This document shows positions 26,936 to 32,543 of a stretch of 32,543 nucleotides of DNA, piece by piece; positions within the stretch are counted from its first letter, which is position 1; the number at the start of each line of letters is the position of its first letter. The notes below the pieces were generated by a model that saw only the letters and a program-made list of their open reading frames with translations, did no database searches and had not been told where the DNA came from. Origin of the DNA: an uncultured virus (IMG/VR IMGVR_UViG_2706794593_000002) (Duplodnaviria; Heunggongvirae; Uroviricota; Caudoviricetes); IMG/VR virus record IMGVR_UViG_2706794593_000002; one strand, written 5' to 3'. The translations under genes were made by a program, and so were the position numbers.

Positions 26936-26948
26936 CGAGGTATGACCA

Positions 26949-27281
26949 ATGAAATTTAAAGAAATTAAATTATCTATTAAACCACTTCATAATGACGTTG
27001 CTCAGTTATCCGCAGAAAATGAAGTAATCGGCTATGCCGTTAAAAATAAAGAGGCTAATTTACCGCTGGCTTCTATTGTTTTGCCTAGTGGTGAAACTTT
27101 AGGGGATTATCACTGTATGGGCTGTGCAATTAAAGCCGCCGCTCAGCATTATATTGGTATTGGCGAAGATGAAGTCATTGAGGCCAATTTCAGCTTCGGT
27201 AATAACAACGTCCGTGACTTATTATTAGCTGCTTTGTTATCAAGTGTTGTTGATGATTTAACCACTCAATCCAGACATTAA
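26949..27281 (+). CDS. Hypothetical protein
   Basis: 110 aa with an HCxxC motif; start lies within the repeated 16-nt motif. Confidence 0.7.
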   Translation: MKFKEIKLSIKPLHNDVAQLSAENEVIGYAVKNKEANLPLASIVLPSGETLGDYHCMGCAIKAAAQHYIGIGEDEVIEANFSFGNNNVRDLLLAALLSSVVDDLTTQSRH

Positions 27282-27376
27282 TAATTGCAGCCAACACCAG
27301 TGAAACGGTCGTAAAACTCAGCTCATTAAAGTGGATATATCGACGCCGAAAACGTAACCGGCATTAAAACAGACGT

Positions 27377-27488
27377 AAAAAAGCCCACACAAGGTGGGCA
27401 ATCTTACCGGCTTAACGTCCCGGTGACGGCAGAGTCAGCGACCAAACCGACTCTAGCGAGGTATGACCAATGGCTTCCACCACTGGAC
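27377..27488 (-). ncRNA. Predicted antisense sRNA carrying the complement of the repeated start motif
   Basis: Minus-strand promoter TTGTCT(27524-27519)-18-TATAAT(27500-27495); internal hairpin AGAGTCGG-N8-CTGACTCT; terminator GCCCAC-N5-GTGGGC-TTTTTT (27399-27377). Confidence 0.6.
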
Positions 27489-27784
27489 GCCGAAATTATA
27501 GCGAGATCTCTATGCAAAAGACAACACTTAGAATCCTGGCTGATTCTATCGTCATCGCTAATGCTGCTAAATCCCCCGCATTAGTCGAAGTTGGAGCGAG
27601 TCCAGACGCAATAATGGGCACTGTTTCAGATCTAATAGAATCCGGCATTGTAGATGTACGTGATTTAATTTCTCTGGCTTTAGAAAAAATTAAAAAATGT
27701 GACTCTACGTCGTTAGTTCATGTATTACCCACAGATGAATTAATAGCACTGACCGATTGTTATTATCAGATTAAAAATAATTAG
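27470..27784 (+). CDS. Hypothetical protein
   Basis: 104 aa; start lies within the repeated motif (alternative ATG at 27512). Confidence 0.6.
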   Translation: MASTTGRRNYSEISMQKTTLRILADSIVIANAAKSPALVEVGASPDAIMGTVSDLIESGIVDVRDLISLALEKIKKCDSTSLVHVLPTDELIALTDCYYQIKNN

Positions 27785-27797
27785 CGAGGAATGACCA

Positions 27798-29951
27798 ATG
27801 AGCTTATTTGTATGTGGGTTTCTACCCAAAAAATCAGCTATGGCAAATGGTGCTGCAGCCATGGCGATTACTGTTGATGCCAAAAATCAAAAAATGGCAA
27901 CAATGAAATCCACCATGTTATTAGAAGGGGAATTCCCCGGATCAAGTAGTAATTTCTTTGCCCCTAAAGTTTGTGCTGATCGTGTGGGTTCCCCTCGCCC
28001 TCCGGTACATGATGATGCTGAAGATAATGCCATATTCAGCACTGAATGGATGGAACATAATCAATGGAATGATGAAACTAAAGAATTTGAACCTATCGTC
28101 GTTGATAATACTGATGAAATTGACAATGTTAAAAACATCTTCGATTTACCAATTAACGTAAGAATTGCATATGTTTTATTATATGGCGTAGAGCCTGAAA
28201 TTGTTGATAGCCATCTATTATCTAATGCATACGATTTAATTAATGATGATGAATCAGAGTCGTTATATCGTGCAGTTATTGATGGCTTGCCACGCTTACC
28301 ACAAGTTAAGCACATGTACATCACTACATTGGCACAACTCATTGATGATGTTCAGGCCCACACTCCGGTATTTAAATCATGGCCGGACGTTAACAAGTTT
28401 GCTGAAAAGTGGATCAACTCCCGTCCAGATGAGCGGGAACACCCTGGCCATCAAGCGAATGAACAAGCCAATTCATCGCCTACGCCAGCGGGTCATCGTG
28501 AACGCGATTATAAGCATGATTACGCCTCTCTCGATCTTGAAGTCGCCTGCGCCCTGTTCCCCAGTGATTATGATGTTTGGGAAGTGCCATCATCCATTTA
28601 TCGTGGCGCTAAAGAAAAAGTAGAGAAAGGTGATGAGGCTTGGCGGCGCTGGTCAACAGCTTTACGGATTATCCCTGCCATTTTAGCGGTTTCCCGTGAT
28701 GATCTGTTTGCAATGATCCGCAGTGCTGAATTGGATATTCATAAAGACCCAGCCAAGCTGAAAGTCTATATCAATCAGTGTTTACAGCTTGATGTAATCA
28801 AAGCCGATGATGTGAAAGTAGCAAACCTTGGCGATGGCAAATTTAGTGTTGATGGCTTGACCAGCGCAGCCAACGATTCACCGGCGAATACCAGCACAAT
28901 CGAAAAACCAAAAACTGATACAAAAGTGCCAAAAGGTGCAACAGAACAGCCCAATCATGTATCAAACATTGCAAATAGCGCCATTAATGATGAAACGGCG
29001 ACCATTAACGCCGAGACCCATACCAATAAGCAGATAGAACCTGAATCACCGCATCCTACCGCAGATGAGTTCCAACAGCGGGCATCACAGATCGATCAGG
29101 ATATATCTAAGTTACCCAAAGAGTCTCAGGATAATTTAAGTATCTGGAAATCAGTACAGCGCACCGATCCCGCGCGTACCAAGCGCAAAGATACGACCAA
29201 AAATGGCAAAGTCATTCGCTCTGTGACCAGCATCAATCCTACCTATCAGACAATGAGAGCCACGGAAATCTTTGGCCCCTTTGGTAGCGGCTGGGGCGTG
29301 GATATTATCAGTGAGGAATTTATACCCGGCATCCCATTTATGGAGTCGATTCTGGATAGCAACAATCGAGAGATCGGGCGTAAACCCATGCGTGATGGGG
29401 ATGGCACCATTCTACGGACCTCCAACCACACTATGCGGATTGAACTGTGGTACCAATACGCAGGAGGTCGGGGCCGCTTCCCTGCTTTTGGTCATACCAA
29501 ACATATTTATCAGAGTACAAATGGTTTCATTTGTGACGATGAAGTCAGCAAAAAAAGCCTAACGGACGCCACGACCAAAGCATTAGCACAGCTTGGTTTC
29601 AGCGCTGATGTATTTATGGGGCTGTTTGATGATGCTGAATACACCGCCGACAATAATATTGAGTTTGGTATTAAAAATGCCAGCACTAAAGCTGATGATG
29701 TGGTTCGTCTGCGTAAAGAGTTAGACGACAAATTCAAAGCCAATACCGAGACGATGAAAACAGCAGTCACGGCGAATGAAGTGACAAAAATCAGCACCTC
29801 ACTAACACGCACCATCGGGGTTCATCTCAAAAATGCCGAATCATCCCATGATGATGAGCACGTCAAATATCTGACCGGACGCCTAACCCGTTTGAATCAA
29901 ATCAAAGATGAGTGCTTGGCAAAATTTGTCACTGAGGGAGAAAAAGCATGA
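27798..29951 (+). CDS. Recombination protein: RecE-like N-terminal region fused to a Rad52/Sak-like annealing domain
   Basis: LD.E.A.AL.P.D......P......AK......W..WS..L....IL..SR block is typical of exonuclease VIII N-regions. C-terminal TSI.P.Y...RATE.FGP.G.GWG and KKS.TDA..KA...LGF.ADVF.G.FDD are typical of Rad52/Sak-like proteins. Confidence 0.7.
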   Translation: MSLFVCGFLPKKSAMANGAAAMAITVDAKNQKMATMKSTMLLEGEFPGSSSNFFAPKVCADRVGSPRPPVHDDAEDNAIFSTEWMEHNQWNDETKEFEPIVVDNTDEIDNVKNIFDLPINVRIAYVLLYGVEPEIVDSHLLSNAYDLINDDESESLYRAVIDGLPRLPQVKHMYITTLAQLIDDVQAHTPVFKSWPDVNKFAEKWINSRPDEREHPGHQANEQANSSPTPAGHRERDYKHDYASLDLEVACALFPSDYDVWEVPSSIYRGAKEKVEKGDEAWRRWSTALRIIPAILAVSRDDLFAMIRSAELDIHKDPAKLKVYINQCLQLDVIKADDVKVANLGDGKFSVDGLTSAANDSPANTSTIEKPKTDTKVPKGATEQPNHVSNIANSAINDETATINAETHTNKQIEPESPHPTADEFQQRASQIDQDISKLPKESQDNLSIWKSVQRTDPARTKRKDTTKNGKVIRSVTSINPTYQTMRATEIFGPFGSGWGVDIISEEFIPGIPFMESILDSNNREIGRKPMRDGDGTILRTSNHTMRIELWYQYAGGRGRFPAFGHTKHIYQSTNGFICDDEVSKKSLTDATTKALAQLGFSADVFMGLFDDAEYTADNNIEFGIKNASTKADDVVRLRKELDDKFKANTETMKTAVTANEVTKISTSLTRTIGVHLKNAESSHDDEHVKYLTGRLTRLNQIKDECLAKFVTEGEKA

Positions 29952-30460
29952 GCACAAGCGCCATATCATTAGCCACTGATTACCGCAAATTGCAGGAAAT
30001 GGCCGATAGCGGTGATGAACTCACCCCCGAAATGGTCGCTGACACTCTCTCTGGCATTGAGGGCATGCTGGAAGATAAGTTCGATGCCTTGATGGCACTG
30101 GTACGTAACACGCTGGGTCAGGCAGAAATATGTGCCAACGAAGCCAAACGGATGAGTGCACGCAAGAAAAGTTTTGATAATCAGGCTGAAATCTACCGTA
30201 AATATATATTGGAATGCATGATTCAGGCCGGTAAAGACTCGATCAAAACGGCGTCCAATACCTTCACTGCCCGAAAAGGGACAAAAAAACTCGTCATCAC
30301 CGATGTGAATTTGTTGCCTGATGAATATGTCGACTCCGTTTCTCAGGTGCAAATTATCACCACCCCAAAAGCCGATGAAATCAAAGCTGCCTTAAATGAG
30401 GGCCTATTGATTGCCGGTGCCAAGTTTGAAACTGGCGAACGTTCGTTAGCCGTCCGCTAA
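29948..30460 (+). CDS. Siphovirus Gp157 family protein
   Basis: DTL..IEG..E.K, E.KR...RK, LPDEY and IK.AL..G..I.GA......L..R motifs. Confidence 0.85.
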   Translation: MSTSAISLATDYRKLQEMADSGDELTPEMVADTLSGIEGMLEDKFDALMALVRNTLGQAEICANEAKRMSARKKSFDNQAEIYRKYILECMIQAGKDSIKTASNTFTARKGTKKLVITDVNLLPDEYVDSVSQVQIITTPKADEIKAALNEGLLIAGAKFETGERSLAVR

Positions 30461-30532
30461 CTGATTTTTAAAAATCAAAACTGAACCGGTCAGCACGTTA
30501 CTATGCTGGCCGGTCATATCGAGGTATGACCA

Positions 30533-30799
30533 ATGGCTAAATTAATGACATTAACCGAATGGTGTGATGAAACGTATACGACTGACAAGCCGACGATTCA
30601 AACACTCCAACGCTGGGCCAGAAACGGTAACTTTTACCCTGCAGCAGAAAAACACGGCAGACAATATCGCGTGCGGCCCGGTGCCATTTATATACAGCCC
30701 AAAAGCTACAGAATGGCGAAAGCGCTGAACATTTCACATTCTACGATACCGCCAATATTGGAGAAGATGGGTTATGGCAAAAAGGCCGGGAAAGTATGA
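30533..30799 (+). CDS. xis: Excisionase
   Basis: L.TL.EW....Y...P...TL.RWAR.G..YP...K.GR.YRV...A.YI; overlaps the integrase start. Confidence 0.88.
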   Translation: MAKLMTLTEWCDETYTTDKPTIQTLQRWARNGNFYPAAEKHGRQYRVRPGAIYIQPKSYRMAKALNISHSTIPPILEKMGYGKKAGKV

Positions 30800-31856
30800 C
30801 GCTAATTTGCCCAAAAACCTCACCTTTAGGCGTGTTCAACTAACTTTCTATTGGCGCAACCCGCTAACTGGAAAGGAGTTATCTCTCGGCAAAATTGCCC
30901 GGCGAGACGCCATATCCCAAGCCATTGAAGCCAATAATTTCATTGAACAAAACTACACTCCTGTCGCACTACTAGAAAAGCTCAAAGGCACGCAGGAGTT
31001 CACACTGGCAGCATGGCTAAAACGATATGACGTCATCTATAAGCGCCGGGAATTGGCCGAAAACACCTATAAAGTTCGCAAGGGACAAATAGCCATGATC
31101 AGCGAAAAAATGGGCAACAGGGTGTTAGCTAAAATCAGCACGCGCCATATTGCCGAGTTTTTAGAGTTTTGGGTGGCACAGGACAAAAAAACTATGGCCG
31201 CTACTATGCGGTCAGTGTTGTCTGATATTTTCCGAGAAGCGATTGTCGAGGGCCATATAGATAATAATCCAGTGACACCGACACGCTCAGCTAAACCGGT
31301 GGTGAAACGTGAGCGCCTGGAACTGGATCAGTATCTCGCTATTCGTGAGGTCGCTGTCACATTACCGGCGTGGTTTGGGCTATCAATGGATCTGGCGCTA
31401 GTCACTGGCCAACGACGTGAGGATTTATCTCTGATGCGCTTTGACCAGATTGTTGATGGCAGATTACAGATAGACCAAGGCAAAACCGGAGCCATGATCT
31501 CCCTGCCCTTAGATCTTGAACTTAAAGCCGTTGGCCTACGCCTTAGCACCGTGATTGAACAATGTAGATTAGCCAGTAAAACAGATTTCATGATAAGTGC
31601 TGGCATCAGAAAAAATAGCCCTGATGGATCACTACATCCAGACAGCCTGACAAAGAAATTCGTAACGGCGAGAAAAGGAACAGATTTTCGTTTTGATGAG
31701 AGCCCACCAACTTTTCACGAGATCAGAAGTCTCGCTGGGCGATTGTATGAAAAGGAAAAAGGTAAAGAATTTGCGATGAAACTGCTGGGGCATAAATCGG
31801 AGAAGATGACGAACAAGTATCTGGATACGAGGGGTAAAGAATACGTAATGCTATAA
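30774..31856 (+). CDS. int: Lambda-family tyrosine integrase
   Basis: N-terminal arm-binding domain (LP.NL...Y.RNP.TGK...LG), TGQRREDL, KTG, FHEIRSL, LLGH and catalytic Y. Confidence 0.95.
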   Translation: MAKRPGKYDANLPKNLTFRRVQLTFYWRNPLTGKELSLGKIARRDAISQAIEANNFIEQNYTPVALLEKLKGTQEFTLAAWLKRYDVIYKRRELAENTYKVRKGQIAMISEKMGNRVLAKISTRHIAEFLEFWVAQDKKTMAATMRSVLSDIFREAIVEGHIDNNPVTPTRSAKPVVKRERLELDQYLAIREVAVTLPAWFGLSMDLALVTGQRREDLSLMRFDQIVDGRLQIDQGKTGAMISLPLDLELKAVGLRLSTVIEQCRLASKTDFMISAGIRKNSPDGSLHPDSLTKKFVTARKGTDFRFDESPPTFHEIRSLAGRLYEKEKGKEFAMKLLGHKSEKMTNKYLDTRGKEYVML

Positions 31857-31872
31857 AAGACCGAATATCAGA

Positions 31873-31970
31873 TTTCGATAAAATTTCGATAAATTTCGAT
31901 AAACAACAAAATTCACCTTTTAAAATCAACAACTTAAAAAGAGACCGAATACGATTCCTATATTCGGTCT
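31873..31970. other. Prophage attachment region: arm-type repeats, IHF site and probable core in the SdsR terminator
   Basis: TTTCGATAAA three times (31873, 31884, 31894); IHF consensus AATCAACAACTTA (31924-31936) abutting the sRNA terminator. The second att copy is outside the window. Confidence 0.7.
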
Positions 31971-32039
31971 AGGGAAATGGCTCTTGGGAGAGAGCCGTGC
32001 GCTAAAAGTTGGCATTAACGTAGGCTTATTCAGCCGTAC
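31936..32039 (-). ncRNA. sdsR: SdsR (RyeB) small RNA
   Basis: Minus strand TTAATGCCAACTTTTAGCGCACGGCTCTCTCCCAAGAGCCATTTCCC...GACCGAATA..GGAATCGTATTCGGTCTCTTTTT matches enterobacterial SdsR. SigmaS-type CTACGCT -10 at 32052-32046; next to yebY. Confidence 0.9.
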
Positions 32040-32201
32040 TTCTTAAGCGTAGTCGAGTACATGTGTTTAGCCAACTTGACAGTAGAAGTAATTAATTGCG
32101 GTTGTAAATTAATTTTGGTGATAAAAGCGCAACCTCAAGGCAACAAAAGTAATTATTTGTTAATTATAGGTTAATGCCCGTAGGCACCAAGAGAGCCAAG
32201 C

Positions 32202-32543
32202 TTACTGCTGACATAATGTCATGGCGCGCTGCTGGAAGGGTTCTAAACTCATCTTGAGACCCGGGTTTGCATTGTCATCCAGTAGCAAAACATCTAGCGG
32301 TTTGGCCAATACATGCCCGGACTTCATCTGTTCGGTCGCTATCTCGTTTAGGGGATATTGCGCTAACGTACTCGGGTTAATCACAAACAAAGCATTACCG
32401 GTACGGCATTCTAGCATCACCTCTTCCCGGTTAAATGCCCACTGCTTACCAAACTCAAACTTACTGACAGTGATGATCTTCCCGGCAGCCATAGCATTAG
32501 CTGATAGCATCAGTAACGTTAACGTCAGCACAAAACCCTTCAT
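32202..32543 (-). CDS. yebY: YebY family protein (host gene)
   Basis: Signal peptide, then [33 protein letters not shown]; canonical neighbour of sdsR. Confidence 0.9.
   Translation of the reverse strand: MKGFVLTLTLLMLSANAMAAGKIITVSKFEFGKQWAFNREEVMLECRTGNALFVINPSTLAQYPLNEIATEQMKSGHVLAKPLDVLLLDDNANPGLKMSLEPFQQRAMTLCQQ

Larger units (their letters stand above)
1..31935. mobile_element. Temperate prophage (lambdoid control region, myovirus-type structural genes), truncated by the left window edge
   Basis: Continuous int-xis, recombination, immunity, replication, Q, lysis, terminase, head and tail order ending at sdsR. Confidence 0.95.

Noticed and set aside
23368..30535. Repeated 16-mer as a CRISPR-like array
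   Set aside because: Copies are kilobases apart, on both strands and tied to start codons; there is no regular spacing and no cas gene.

Overview
Most of the window (about 1-31935) is the integrase-proximal part of a temperate enterobacterial prophage, probably from a Yersinia-like host (inferred from the flanking host sequence only). It is inserted at the 3' end of the SdsR/RyeB sRNA gene next to host yebY. Reading from the right: att region, lambda-type integrase and excisionase; a Gp157 gene and a RecE-N/Rad52(Sak)-like fusion; small early genes; a DicA/DicC-like immunity switch and a CII/YdaT-like gene; a replication initiator with iterons; a C5 methyltransferase; nin-type genes and Q. 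Next come an AT-rich inverted ABC-ATPase + TOPRIM-like gene pair (probable defence system), the pinholin/SAR-endolysin/spanin cassette, morons, a ParB-Mom cassette, terS, an inverted relBE module, terL, and myovirus-type head, neck and sheath genes. The most striking signal is a 16-nt translation-start motif, CGAGGTATGACCAATG, that opens six early genes on both strands. One copy is overlapped by a predicted ~110-nt antisense RNA with its own sigma70 promoter and terminator. That RNA carries the exact complement of the motif and could silence all six genes. All family assignments come from recalled motifs and gene order, not database searches.
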